This document shows, in pieces, positions 10,613 through 20,103 of a stretch of DNA of 64,000 nt. Within the stretch, counting starts at the first letter, position 1. The number at the start of each line of letters is the position of its first letter. The position numbers were made by a program, and so were the translations under genes. This DNA is from an uncultured Barnesiella sp. (lineage in GTDB: Bacteria > Bacteroidota > Bacteroidia > Bacteroidales > Barnesiellaceae): NCBI GenBank assembly GCA_902471075.1, contig CABRIW010000008.1:54225-118224 (forward strand), given 5' to 3'. The notes beneath the pieces are model-generated. The model was not told where the DNA came from and did not search any database. It saw only the letters and a program-made list of their open reading frames with translations.

Positions 10613-11054
10613 ACATGCGGTCCATCTGCCGCTTGTCTTCCCGCTCTTTAATCGAGTCGCGCTTGTCGTACTCCTTCTTACCCTTGGCTATGGCTATGGT
10701 CACCTTGGCCAACCCCTTGTCGTTGATAAAGACACGGGTGGGAATGATTGAGAACCCCGACTCGCGAGAGGCCCGCTCGAGCTTCACTATCTCCTTGCGG
10801 GTAAGCAACAATTTGCGGTCGCGGCGCGACGAGTGGTTGTTGTACGAGCCATAGAAATACTCGGCGATATACATGTTTTTAATCCATACCTCGCCGTTGT
10901 TGACATAGCAGAAAGAGTCGTTCAACCCCGCCTTGCCCAGTCGGATCGATTTGATTTCGGTACCCGACAATACGATGCCGGCATTGAACGTATCGAGCAA
11001 CTCGTAATCGAAAGAGGCCCGTTTGTTGCGAATATTTATTTGTGGCAGTTTCAT
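10602..11054 (-). CDS. smpB: SsrA-binding protein SmpB
   Basis: 150 aa, [36 protein letters not shown]...LLLTRKEI. Classic SmpB. Confidence 0.95.
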   Translation of the reverse strand: MKLPQINIRNKRASFDYELLDTFNAGIVLSGTEIKSIRLGKAGLNDSFCYVNNGEVWIKNMYIAEYFYGSYNNHSSRRDRKLLLTRKEIVKLERASRESGFSIIPTRVFINDKGLAKVTIAIAKGKKEYDKRDSIKEREDKRQMDRMFKH

Positions 11055-11078
11055 CGTTTAATCTTCATCTTTTATTGG

Positions 11079-11639
11079 TTACATGACACCGGGCATGAAA
11101 AAGTAGAGCAGCTTCTGTATGGCCATCGGGATAGCCAGAAACAACACCGTGGTAGTCACCACATACAAGATACTCTTTTGCTCGGGTATCTCCATATATT
11201 TCTGACTGTTCCAAATGACATACGCCAGCAGCAACGGCAGAAAATCGACAATGGCCGGTACTTCGCAGAAGTAGCGCACTACCAGAATGCAGATGTCGAA
11301 CAGCATGTACAGCCCCAGGTTATAACCGACGAACCGTTTGATTCGCGACTCGGGCTGCACCACCTCCAACAAGTGCGTCGACAAGGCTTTCATCACATAT
11401 ACCAGCGCATAGAATCCCCCGAAGAATTTTACAAATTCGACGATGGCCTGTTGCAGAGCCCGCGACAATGAAATGTCGTGAAAGAAATATCCCAGAAAAC
11501 AGACTACTGCCGCACCTCCCATCAGCGGGTAAAGAAACTGGTTCAGGAATACCTGTGTAGCATAAGGCGCCTTATCTGTCTTTTGCCAGGTCTTTTCGGG
11601 GAAAACCAAGAGCAAAAAGAGATGTTTCAATTCATCCAT
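11079..11639 (-). CDS. Yip1-family integral membrane protein (DUF1282-like)
   Basis: 186 aa with 5 predicted transmembrane helices. Hydrophobic profile and motifs are typical of YIP1-domain proteins. Confidence 0.65.
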   Translation of the reverse strand: MDELKHLFLLLVFPEKTWQKTDKAPYATQVFLNQFLYPLMGGAAVVCFLGYFFHDISLSRALQQAIVEFVKFFGGFYALVYVMKALSTHLLEVVQPESRIKRFVGYNLGLYMLFDICILVVRYFCEVPAIVDFLPLLLAYVIWNSQKYMEIPEQKSILYVVTTTVLFLAIPMAIQKLLYFFMPGVM

Positions 11640-11946
11640 AGAACTCGCTTTATTCAGATTCGTGTAACAAAGATACGCAAAGGTAAGCGCAATGCAAAAA
11701 TGGCTGCATAATTTGTGGCCGCAAAGATAGTGAAATTGAGCGTAAAGGCAACAAAAGGGACGCTTTCACATCCTGATTATGCGAGACAACACCTCCATAA
11801 TTTTCTGTAAATGGCCATATTTGTTCTATTTAACCCCTCGATGTGCACATTCTGTCTTTTTTATGGGCAGATAGAAAAGTAAAATTTCTATCTTTGCACT
11901 TCAATAAATATCAGTTTAGTCTATTTTATACATTAAAGAAGAAAAT

Positions 11947-13155
11947 ATGCCAACTATTTCCCATCGAGGTGAAATTATGCCGGCCTCACCCATACGTAAA
12001 CTGGTCCCTCTGGCCAATAAGGCGAAAGAAAGAGGTATAAAAGTTTACCACCTGAACATCGGTCAGCCCGACCTCCCTACCCCTCAAATCGGCTTGGATG
12101 CGCTCAAGCACATCGACCGCCGCACCTTGGAGTATAGCCCCAGCGAAGGAATAAAGAGCTTGCGGGAGAAACTGGTACAGTACTATGCCAAGTTCAACAT
12201 ACACGTAACCCCCGACGATATTATCATCACCACCGGCGGTTCCGAAGCGGTATTGTTCTCGTTCATGGCCTGCCTCGACCCGGGCGACGAAATCATCGTT
12301 CCCGAACCGGCCTATGCCAATTACATGGCCTTTGCCATCTCGACCGGGGCAATCATCAAAACCCTGCCCTCTTCAATCGAAGAGGGGTTTGCATTGCCTT
12401 CGGTCGAAAAGTTCGAAGCCCTCATTACCCCGAAGACCAAGGCGATACTGATCTGTAACCCCAACAATCCCACGGGCTATCTCTATACGCAAAAAGAGAT
12501 GAACCAGATACGCGACCTGGTGAAGAAATACGACTTGTTCCTTTTCTCTGACGAGGTCTATCGCGAGTTCTGTTACACCGGGGCCCCCTACATTTCGGCT
12601 TTTCACCTCGAAGGTATCGAAGAGCAAGTGGTGCTTATCGACTCGGTATCGAAGCGTTACAGCGAGTGCGGTATCCGTATCGGTGCCTTGATTACCCGTC
12701 ATAAGGAGTTGAAGAAGAACGTGATGAAGTTCTGCCAGGCACGGCTCAGTCCGCCGCTTATCGGCCAAATCATTGCCGAGGCTTCGATCGATGCCCCCGA
12801 GAGCTATATGCTTGCCACTTACAACGAGTATGTAGAGCGGCGCAAGTTCCTGATTGACGGGCTGAACCGCATACCCGGCTGCTACTCCCCTATCCCCATG
12901 GGCGCCTTCTACACGGTGGCCAAACTGCCGGTCGACGATGCCGACAAGTTCTGCGAATGGTGCCTTTCCGAATTCGAGTACGAAGGTCAGACCGTGTTCA
13001 TGGCTCCGGCTTCGGGTTTCTACACCACTCCCGGGTTGGGAAAAGACGAGGTGCGCATGGCCTACGTACTGGAAAAAGAGGAGTTGGCCAAAGCCCTGAC
13101 CGTATTGAAAAAGGCACTGGAGGCCTATCCCGGTCGTGTAGCCGTACATGAATAA
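11947..13155 (+). CDS. PLP-dependent aminotransferase, class I/II (aspartate/alanine transaminase-like)
   Basis: 402 aa. The SVSKRYSECGIRIG region carries the PLP-lysine motif. Overall AspC-family layout. An alternative start is at 11977 (MPASPIRKL). Confidence 0.9.
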   Translation: MPTISHRGEIMPASPIRKLVPLANKAKERGIKVYHLNIGQPDLPTPQIGLDALKHIDRRTLEYSPSEGIKSLREKLVQYYAKFNIHVTPDDIIITTGGSEAVLFSFMACLDPGDEIIVPEPAYANYMAFAISTGAIIKTLPSSIEEGFALPSVEKFEALITPKTKAILICNPNNPTGYLYTQKEMNQIRDLVKKYDLFLFSDEVYREFCYTGAPYISAFHLEGIEEQVVLIDSVSKRYSECGIRIGALITRHKELKKNVMKFCQARLSPPLIGQIIAEASIDAPESYMLATYNEYVERRKFLIDGLNRIPGCYSPIPMGAFYTVAKLPVDDADKFCEWCLSEFEYEGQTVFMAPASGFYTTPGLGKDEVRMAYVLEKEELAKALTVLKKALEAYPGRVAVHE

Positions 13156-14395
13156 CTGGAAACTATATATTGCCAATCGCATTCATTTCGACAAGAGCAC
13201 TCGGAAGAAGGCGACGCCGCCGGCCATACGGGTAGCCGTGGCCGGGGTTGCCCTGGGTTTGGCCGTTATGATACTCTCGGTTGCGATAGTCGTCGGCTTC
13301 AAGCAAGAGATTCGCGACAAGGTGGTAGGTTTCGGCTCCCACATACAGATTACCTCATTCGACAGCAATACGACCTATGAGAAGCAGCCGGTACAATATA
13401 CCGACAGCCTGCATCAGGTCCTGATGGCTCACGAAGGGGTAGCCAAGGTCGAGCCCGTAGGTACGAAGCTGGGGATGATCAAGACCGACAGCGACTTTAT
13501 GGGCGTGGTCCTGAAAGGGGTTATGCCCGACTACGACTGGTCGTTTTTCAAGAAATATCTGGTCGAGGGCAACCTTCCCCTCATAACCGATTCGGCAACC
13601 TCCAACCAAGTGATTATCTCCAGGACAATCGCCAGCAAGATGAACCTGCATGTGGGCGATAAAATCTATTGCTACTTCGTACAAGACCAGGTACGGGCCC
13701 GCCGGTTTCTGGTGTCGGGCATCTATCAGACCGACTTCTCGGACTACGACAAACTGCTGATGATTGGCGATGTGCGCCAGGTACAACGGCTCAACGGCTG
13801 GAATCCCGACCAGTATAGCGAAATCGAGTTACTGGTCAACGACTTCGACCAGGCCGACAATATCGCCTACGACCTCTACACCCAGCTAATCGACCGCCCC
13901 GACGACTACGGTACGCATTACTATCCGCAATCCATCCGCACGCTGAATCCCATCTTTTTCGGGTGGCTCGACCTGTTGGACATGAATGTATGGATTATTC
14001 TCATTCTCATGGCTGCCGTATCGGGATTCACCATGATTTCGGGCCTGCTGATTATCATTCTGGAACGAGCCAACATGATAGGTATCCTCAAGGCGCTGGG
14101 CGCAAACAACACCTCGATACGCGAGATATTCCTCTATGTTTCGACTTTCCTCGTGGGGAAAGGCATGATATGGGGCAATGTCATCGGCCTGGCCCTCTGT
14201 TTCCTGCAACAGCAGTTCCACATTATCAAACTTAACCCTGAGGCCTACTACGTGCCTTACGTACCTATCGAATTCAATTTCTGGTACATCCTCTGGCTGA
14301 ATATCGGCTGTATGGTCATCTCGGTACTGATGCTGATTGCCCCCTCGTATCTGGTCTCGCTTATCCGGCCGGCCAAGTCCATCAAGTTTGAATAA
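13148..14395 (+). CDS. ABC transporter permease, FtsX/LolE-like
   Basis: 415 aa. N-terminal transmembrane helix, large periplasmic domain, then three C-terminal transmembrane helices with the conserved FtsX region (GILKALGAN...). Overlaps the upstream gene by 8 nt. Confidence 0.85.
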   Translation: MNNWKLYIANRIHFDKSTRKKATPPAIRVAVAGVALGLAVMILSVAIVVGFKQEIRDKVVGFGSHIQITSFDSNTTYEKQPVQYTDSLHQVLMAHEGVAKVEPVGTKLGMIKTDSDFMGVVLKGVMPDYDWSFFKKYLVEGNLPLITDSATSNQVIISRTIASKMNLHVGDKIYCYFVQDQVRARRFLVSGIYQTDFSDYDKLLMIGDVRQVQRLNGWNPDQYSEIELLVNDFDQADNIAYDLYTQLIDRPDDYGTHYYPQSIRTLNPIFFGWLDLLDMNVWIILILMAAVSGFTMISGLLIIILERANMIGILKALGANNTSIREIFLYVSTFLVGKGMIWGNVIGLALCFLQQQFHIIKLNPEAYYVPYVPIEFNFWYILWLNIGCMVISVLMLIAPSYLVSLIRPAKSIKFE

Positions 14396-14412
14396 ACCCG
14401 GCCCCCGTCGGG

Positions 14413-15762
14413 TCAATCCTCCTCTTCGGCCTGTCGGGGCAAAGAAAGATTCAAGAAGATATATCCCAATACACCTGCGGCCAACGAACCGGCCACGATA
14501 CCCAGTTTGGCCCGCTCGAGCAGTGCAGCCCCTTCGGGCCCCATATCGCCAAACGAGAGGTTGGCGATGAAGAGCGACACGGTGAATCCGATACCGCCCA
14601 ATACCGATACGGCCGCCAGCGACTTCCAGGTGGTGCGGGTGGGCATCGGTACGATTTTCAGCTTGATGACCAGCCACGACGAGAGGAAGATACCCAGGAA
14701 TTTCCCCACCAACAGCCCCACGAAAACAGCCAGACTGATACCCGAGAAGAGCGAGGAGAACTCGAGCCCCGAGAGCACAATGCCGGCATTGGCAAAGGCA
14801 AACAACGGAATGATGAGGTAGTTGATGACCGGGTGCAGCGTGTCTTCCAAATCCTGCAGCGGACTGATGACCTTATCCGAGGCCGACTCGATACTCTTCA
14901 GGCAGTTGATCTGCTCTTTCGAGAGCATAATCGAGCGGTCGCTGTCTTCGAACTGTTCCTGCGGGAAATTGGCAATCTCCTTGCGTATCGTGCAGATAAA
15001 GTGCGAGGTCGCCAACACCGGCTTGGCCGGAATGCAGAAGGCAACCAACACCCCCGCAATGGTGGGGTGAATGCCCGAATTGAGGAACAGGAACCACACC
15101 ACACCGCCCAATGCAAAGTAGAAGAGTTTGCTGTTTACACCTGCCCGGCCTCCTATCCATAGTACAAGGAATACCCCCACGGCATAGAGCAGATAGGTCA
15201 CCTCGATGTGTGTCGAGTAGAAGAAGGCAATCACCAGAATGCCGCCTATGTCGTCGACAACCGCCAGCGTAGTGAGGAATATTTTCAGGGCAATGGGTAC
15301 CCGCTTGCCCAGCATCGCCAGTACACCCAGCGAAAAGGCGATATCGGTAGCCATCGGTATGGCACTGCCCCGCAGGAAATCGCTCCCCCGCCCTACATAC
15401 ATGAAGAGCAGCACCGGCACCACCATGCCGCCGATAGCTGCGACAATGGGCAGCAGGGCCTGCTTCAGAGAGGTCAACTCGCCCACCAGTACCTCGCGTT
15501 TGATTTCGAGGCCGATGGAGAAAAAGAAGATGGCCATGAGCGCATCGTTAATGAATGCCATAACCGTCATCGGTTCACCCCCGTGACTGAACAGGTTGAA
15601 CCCGCCCACCTGCAGGGATATGGGTTGTGCCCACCACGAAAAATAGAGATTGTCGAGCGGAGAATTGGCTATGATAAAAGCCAAAAGCGTAGCTACGATC
15701 AACACGTTACCGCCGCTGGCGTAGTTCTTGATCGATTTCTTTATGGCATACAAGCTGTCCAT
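14413..15762 (-). CDS. nhaA: Na+/H+ antiporter NhaA
   Basis: 449 aa, about 12 transmembrane helices. Has the conserved NhaA motifs (FFFSIGLEIKRE, AVVDDIGGILVIAFFY). Confidence 0.93.
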   Translation of the reverse strand: MDSLYAIKKSIKNYASGGNVLIVATLLAFIIANSPLDNLYFSWWAQPISLQVGGFNLFSHGGEPMTVMAFINDALMAIFFFSIGLEIKREVLVGELTSLKQALLPIVAAIGGMVVPVLLFMYVGRGSDFLRGSAIPMATDIAFSLGVLAMLGKRVPIALKIFLTTLAVVDDIGGILVIAFFYSTHIEVTYLLYAVGVFLVLWIGGRAGVNSKLFYFALGGVVWFLFLNSGIHPTIAGVLVAFCIPAKPVLATSHFICTIRKEIANFPQEQFEDSDRSIMLSKEQINCLKSIESASDKVISPLQDLEDTLHPVINYLIIPLFAFANAGIVLSGLEFSSLFSGISLAVFVGLLVGKFLGIFLSSWLVIKLKIVPMPTRTTWKSLAAVSVLGGIGFTVSLFIANLSFGDMGPEGAALLERAKLGIVAGSLAAGVLGYIFLNLSLPRQAEEED

Positions 15763-15841
15763 ATGGGTTGTTTTTGTAGTTTAAACAAAAAAAGCTCGTT
15801 ACAGTTTTTCTGCCTCGGAATCAAAAAAGGGATAACCCCGC

Positions 15842-17629
15842 TTAGTCGAGTTTCAGCACCGCCAGGAAAGCCTTTTGAGGCACCTCGACCGAACCGATTT
15901 GCTTCATCCGTTTCTTTCCTTTTTTCTGTTTCTCCAACAGTTTGCGCTTACGGCTTATATCGCCGCCGTAACATTTGGCCGTTACATCCTTGCGCACCGG
16001 CTTGATGGTCTCGCGGGCGATAATCTTGGCACCGATGGCGGCCTGGATGGCAATCTCGAACTGCTGACGCGGAATAAGCTCTTTCAACTTCTCGCACATG
16101 CGCCGGCCAAAGGTGACGGCATTGTCTACGTGGGTCAAGGTCGACAGGGCATCGACCGACTCTCCGTTGAGCAGAATATCGAGCTTCACCAGCTTCGACT
16201 CTCTGAAGTCGTGAATGTGGTAATCGAACGAGGCATACCCCTTCGATATACTTTTCAGCTTGTCGTAGAAGTCGATAACGATTTCGCCCAGTGGCATGTC
16301 GTAGATGATTTCTACCCGGTTGCCCGAGATATACTCCTGTTTCACCAGTTCGCCCCGTTTGCCCAGGCAGAGGGTCATAATGGGGCCTATGTAATCGGTA
16401 GCCGTAATGACCGAAGCCCGGATGTAGGGCTCCTCGATATGGTCGATCAAGGTTGGATCGGGCAATCCCGACGGGTTGTGAACCTCGATCATTCCGCCCT
16501 TCTTGTCATAGACTTTATACGATACGTTGGGTACGGTCGTAATCACGTCCATGTTGAACTCACGGTCGAGACGCTCTTGCACAATCTCCATGTGGAGCAG
16601 CCCCAGAAATCCGCAACGGAATCCGAAACCCAGCGCAGCCGACGACTCGGGTTGGAAGGTGAGCGAAGCATCGTTCAACTGCAGTTTCTCCAGCGACGAA
16701 CGCAGGTTCTCGAAGTCTTCAGTCTCGATGGGATAAACACCGGCAAAGACCATCGGCTTCACCTCTTCGAATCCGTCGATAGCCTCCGAACACGGGCGGT
16801 CTATGTGGGTAATGGTATCGCCCACCTTCACCTCGCGCGAGGTCTTGATACCCGAAATGATGTAGCCTACATCGCCGGCCAGCAATTCGTTGCGAGGCAC
16901 CATGTCCAGTTTGAGTACCCCGATTTCGTCGGCCTCATACTCCTTGCCCGTAGCTACGAATTTCACCTTGTCGCCGGTCCGTATACGGCCGTTGCATATC
17001 TTGAAATAAGCGATAATTCCACGGAACGAGTTGAATACCGAGTCGAAAATAAGACACTGCAGCGGGGCATCTACGTCACCCTTGGGCGGCTCTACCCGCT
17101 CGATAATGGCGGCGAGAATCTCCTCGACACCCTGCCCCGTCTTACCGCTGGCCCGGATAATCTCTTCGCGTTTGCAACCCAGCAACTCGACAATCTGGTC
17201 TTCCACCTCGTCGGGGCGGGCGCTCTCCAGATCGACCTTGTTCACCACCGGGATAATCTCCAGGTCGTGTTCGATAGCCATATAGAGATTCGAAATCGTT
17301 TGCGCCTGAATGCCTTGCGAAGCATCTACGATGAGCAGAGCACCCTCACAGGCGGCAATGGAGCGTGAAACCTCATACGAGAAGTCGACGTGCCCCGGGG
17401 TATCTATCAGGTTCAAGATATATTTCTCGCCCTGGTATACATACTCCATCTGTATGGCATGGCTCTTGATGGTGATACCGCGTTCGCGCTCCAAATCCAT
17501 ATTGTCGAGCACCTGGTCTTGCAGGTCTTTCTCGGCTATGGTTTTGGTGTACTCCAACAGGCGGTCGGCCAAGGTACTTTTACCATGGTCTATATGGGCT
17601 ATGATACAAAAGTTGCGTATATTCTTCAT
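15842..17629 (-). CDS. lepA: Elongation factor 4 (LepA)
   Basis: Track ORF extends to 17767. True start is [25 protein letters not shown] (ATG at 17629). G-domain motifs, about 595 aa. Confidence 0.95.
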   Translation of the reverse strand: MKNIRNFCIIAHIDHGKSTLADRLLEYTKTIAEKDLQDQVLDNMDLERERGITIKSHAIQMEYVYQGEKYILNLIDTPGHVDFSYEVSRSIAACEGALLIVDASQGIQAQTISNLYMAIEHDLEIIPVVNKVDLESARPDEVEDQIVELLGCKREEIIRASGKTGQGVEEILAAIIERVEPPKGDVDAPLQCLIFDSVFNSFRGIIAYFKICNGRIRTGDKVKFVATGKEYEADEIGVLKLDMVPRNELLAGDVGYIISGIKTSREVKVGDTITHIDRPCSEAIDGFEEVKPMVFAGVYPIETEDFENLRSSLEKLQLNDASLTFQPESSAALGFGFRCGFLGLLHMEIVQERLDREFNMDVITTVPNVSYKVYDKKGGMIEVHNPSGLPDPTLIDHIEEPYIRASVITATDYIGPIMTLCLGKRGELVKQEYISGNRVEIIYDMPLGEIVIDFYDKLKSISKGYASFDYHIHDFRESKLVKLDILLNGESVDALSTLTHVDNAVTFGRRMCEKLKELIPRQQFEIAIQAAIGAKIIARETIKPVRKDVTAKCYGGDISRKRKLLEKQKKGKKRMKQIGSVEVPQKAFLAVLKLD

Positions 17630-17751
17630 TGAAATCAGTCTGATAATTGCGACAAAGATACAAAAAGGAGAGCAGAGAGGCAAATGGGGAGACTCGGTTT
17701 CAGATATTTTTATCCCGGGCGGTCTGCATTTTACCCTACGGAACAGCAGAC

Positions 17752-17790
17752 AAAAAAGAGAGGGCAACTCTTTCGGGCTGTCCTCTCTCT
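17752..17790 (-). terminator. Rho-independent terminator after rubrerythrin
   Basis: Minus-strand hairpin agagagg...cctctct followed by a T6 run (plus-strand aaaaaa at 17752-17757). Confidence 0.55.
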
Positions 17791-17809
17791 GTAAACTAAT
17801 GGCAATTAT

Positions 17810-18358
17810 TTATTTCTTGAAATAGCGGTTGTACAGACCTTCGAAGCCTTTGCCGTGACGAGCTTCGTCCTTGGCCATTTCGTGTACCGTGTCGTGGATA
17901 GCGTCGTAACCCAGTTCCTTGGCACGTTTGGCGATACGCATCTTGTCGGCGCAAGCACCGCTCTCAGCTTCCATACGGGCTTTTACGTTCTTCTCGGTGT
18001 TCCAAACTACTTCACCCAGCAATTCGGCAAATTTCGAAGCGTGCTCGGCCTCTTCGAAAGCGTAGCGTTTGAAAGCCTCGGCTATTTCGGGATAGCCTTC
18101 ACGATCGGCCTGACGGCTCATGGCCAGGTACATACCTACTTCGGTGCATTCACCAGCGAAGTGAGCTTTGAGACCTTCCATAACCTCGGCGTCTTCTACA
18201 ACACCGTCACCAATGTGGTGTTCGGTTACGAAATCGAGTTTGTCCGACTCAACCAGTTCTTTGAATTTCGAACGGGGTTGGTGGCATTGGGGGCAAAATT
18301 CGGGAGCTTCTTCACCTTCGTATACGTAACCGCATACAGTACAAATAAACTTTTTCAT
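17810..18358 (-). CDS. rbr: Rubrerythrin (reverse type, N-terminal rubredoxin-like CxxC...CxxC plus C-terminal diiron ferritin-like domain)
   Basis: 182 aa. CTVCGY...CPQC at the N-terminus. Diiron ligand motifs EAEHA and EARH. Confidence 0.93.
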   Translation of the reverse strand: MKKFICTVCGYVYEGEEAPEFCPQCHQPRSKFKELVESDKLDFVTEHHIGDGVVEDAEVMEGLKAHFAGECTEVGMYLAMSRQADREGYPEIAEAFKRYAFEEAEHASKFAELLGEVVWNTEKNVKARMEAESGACADKMRIAKRAKELGYDAIHDTVHEMAKDEARHGKGFEGLYNRYFKK

Positions 18359-18394
18359 GATTGGTTATTTTTAGTTGTTAATGCTGTGTATTTA

Positions 18395-18811
18395 TCAGTT
18401 GATGTTCTCTTTCTTTTTTTGACACGACGGACATACGCCCTTGCAATACATCTGAATGTCGGAGACTTCGAAATCCTTAAGTGCCTCCATCGTAAAAGGA
18501 GGCAGATCAAAATCGAATATCTCGCCGCACTCGTTGCACTTGAAATGCAAGTGAGGGGTTTCACGGGCATCGAAGCGGGCATTTTTCTCGTCGATTGTAA
18601 TCATTTGAATGACGCCTTGCTCGGTCAGCAAATTCAACGTGTTGTAAACGGTTGCCTTCGACAACGTAGGAATCGACGGATACAAGGCATTGAATATGGT
18701 GTCGGCAGTCGGATGCGTGTGGTGGGTCATCAGATAGTCCAACACGGCCATGCGCTGTACCGACGGCTTTATGTTGTAACGACGTAATTTGTTTTGGGCC
18801 GATTCTTTCAT
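18395..18811 (-). CDS. Fur-family transcriptional regulator, PerR-like
   Basis: 138 aa. Winged-helix N-domain, HxH region and C-terminal CxxC...CxxC (CNECG...CPSC). Co-transcribed upstream of rubrerythrin with a 36 bp gap. Confidence 0.88.
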   Translation of the reverse strand: MKESAQNKLRRYNIKPSVQRMAVLDYLMTHHTHPTADTIFNALYPSIPTLSKATVYNTLNLLTEQGVIQMITIDEKNARFDARETPHLHFKCNECGEIFDFDLPPFTMEALKDFEVSDIQMYCKGVCPSCQKKKENIN

Positions 18812-18821
18812 CTTTCTTTAT

Positions 18822-18836
18822 TTGTAATGATTACAA
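18822..18836. promoter_or_regulatory. 7-1-7 palindrome TTGTAAT-G-ATTACAA (Per/Fur-box-like) on the perR promoter
   Basis: It lies 11 bp upstream of the perR ATG and just downstream of a minus-strand TAttTTTG -7 box (plus 18847-18854). A second half-site TTGTAATCACAA is at 18839-18850. An AATAATTATT palindrome is at 18891-18900. Confidence 0.55.
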
Positions 18837-18900
18837 TTTTGTAATCACAAAAATACTATATTTCTGAATACGAAAGCAAAAATTATTGTTAATAATTATT

Positions 18901-20037
18901 TTATTCTATCAAATACCCGGGCAACGGACGGCAATTGTATTGCGAAGCCATGATTTCGCCGTAGGCTCCGGCCGACCGGATTGCAATCAAATCGCCTCGC
19001 TCGGTAGCATTCAGCATGACATTTTTCCCGAAGCAGTCCGACGACTCGCAGATGGGCCCCACTACATCGTAGGGCTTCACGGCCATATCGGAGGTAATGT
19101 TTTCGATATGGTGATGGGCCTGATACAGGGCCGGACGAATGAGGTCGGTCATACCGGCATCGACGATGACAAATTGCTTTTTGAGCGATTTCTTCACATA
19201 GAGCACCCGAGTGATGAGCGAACCGCACTGGCATACGATGGCGCGGCCCAACTCGCAATGCAGCTGCTGACCGCCTCGCAAATCGAGATTGTCGCGGAAT
19301 ACGTTGAAATAGCTTTCGAAATCGGGTATGGGATTCTTGTCCGGGTCGTCGTAATCGACACCCAGGCCACCCCCTACGTTGATGTGCTTTACCTGAATAT
19401 TCCGTTTCACCAGGTCGTCTTGCAGGCGGTTGATGCGCGCGCAGAGTACCCGGAAGGCCTCCATATTCAAGATTTGCGACCCGATGTGGAAGTGGAAACC
19501 GACAAGCTGCACATGCGTATAGCCTTGCAACTGATCGAGCACACCATCGAGCATCTCGATGGGGATACCGAACTTGTTTTCGCTGAGGCCGGTCGTGATG
19601 TATTCGTGGGTATGTGCGTCGATATTGGGGTTCAGCCGCAAGGCAATCGAGGCGACCGTCTCTTTCTTGCGGGCCAGCTCTTCGATGACGGCCAACTCTT
19701 CGGCCGACTCTACGTTGAAACAGAATATCTTGTTATCGAGGGCATACTCGATTTCCCAATCGGCTTTACCTACCCCGGCAAATACAATCTTACGGGCCGG
19801 GAATCCAGCCTCCAAGGCGGCCTTTATCTCACCGCCGCTCACGCAGTCGGCCCCTACCCCCGAAGCGGCAATCAGCCTCAACACCTCGGGATTGGCATTG
19901 GCCTTGATGGCATAGTGCACCTGGAAATTCCGCTCTTCGGCCAGGCGCGTAAGCGTAGAGAGAGTATTATTCAACAGGGTCTTGTCGTAATAATAAAATG
20001 GGGTTCTTACTTGATTGAAATGTGTAACAGGAAACAT
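18901..20037 (-). CDS. lysA: Diaminopimelate decarboxylase
   Basis: 378 aa. PLP fold-III decarboxylase (YAIKAN...), LysA family. Confidence 0.93.
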   Translation of the reverse strand: MFPVTHFNQVRTPFYYYDKTLLNNTLSTLTRLAEERNFQVHYAIKANANPEVLRLIAASGVGADCVSGGEIKAALEAGFPARKIVFAGVGKADWEIEYALDNKIFCFNVESAEELAVIEELARKKETVASIALRLNPNIDAHTHEYITTGLSENKFGIPIEMLDGVLDQLQGYTHVQLVGFHFHIGSQILNMEAFRVLCARINRLQDDLVKRNIQVKHINVGGGLGVDYDDPDKNPIPDFESYFNVFRDNLDLRGGQQLHCELGRAIVCQCGSLITRVLYVKKSLKKQFVIVDAGMTDLIRPALYQAHHHIENITSDMAVKPYDVVGPICESSDCFGKNVMLNATERGDLIAIRSAGAYGEIMASQYNCRPLPGYLIE

Positions 20038-20058
20038 GTGCTATTATTAAAAAATAAA

Positions 20059-20088
20059 GTGTCATGCAGAAAGCTTTCTGCATGACAC
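20059..20088. terminator. Perfect 30-bp palindrome between lysC and lysA (bidirectional hairpin flanked by A/T runs)
   Basis: gtgtcatgcagaaagc/gctttctgcatgacac with no mismatches. aaaaaataaa lies upstream and a T-rich run follows on the minus strand. It sits only about 20 nt before the lysA start. Confidence 0.5.
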
Positions 20089-20103
20089 CGTTGTTATATC
20101 CAT

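Noticed and set aside
12373-13182. 269-aa minus-strand ORF
   Set aside because: Shadow of the aminotransferase gene.
13886-14677. 263-aa minus-strand ORF spanning the permease/nhaA junction
   Set aside because: Overlaps two convergent well-supported genes. Arg/Gly-rich nonsense translation.
15763-15841. Possible terminator downstream of lepA
   Set aside because: Only a 3-4 bp stem (ggg..ccc) before the T-run. Too weak to call.
15875-17368. 497-aa plus-strand ORF
   Set aside because: Shadow of lepA.
17855-18787. 310-aa plus-strand ORF
   Set aside because: Shadow spanning rubrerythrin and perR.
18886-20085. 399-aa plus-strand ORF
   Set aside because: Shadow of lysA.
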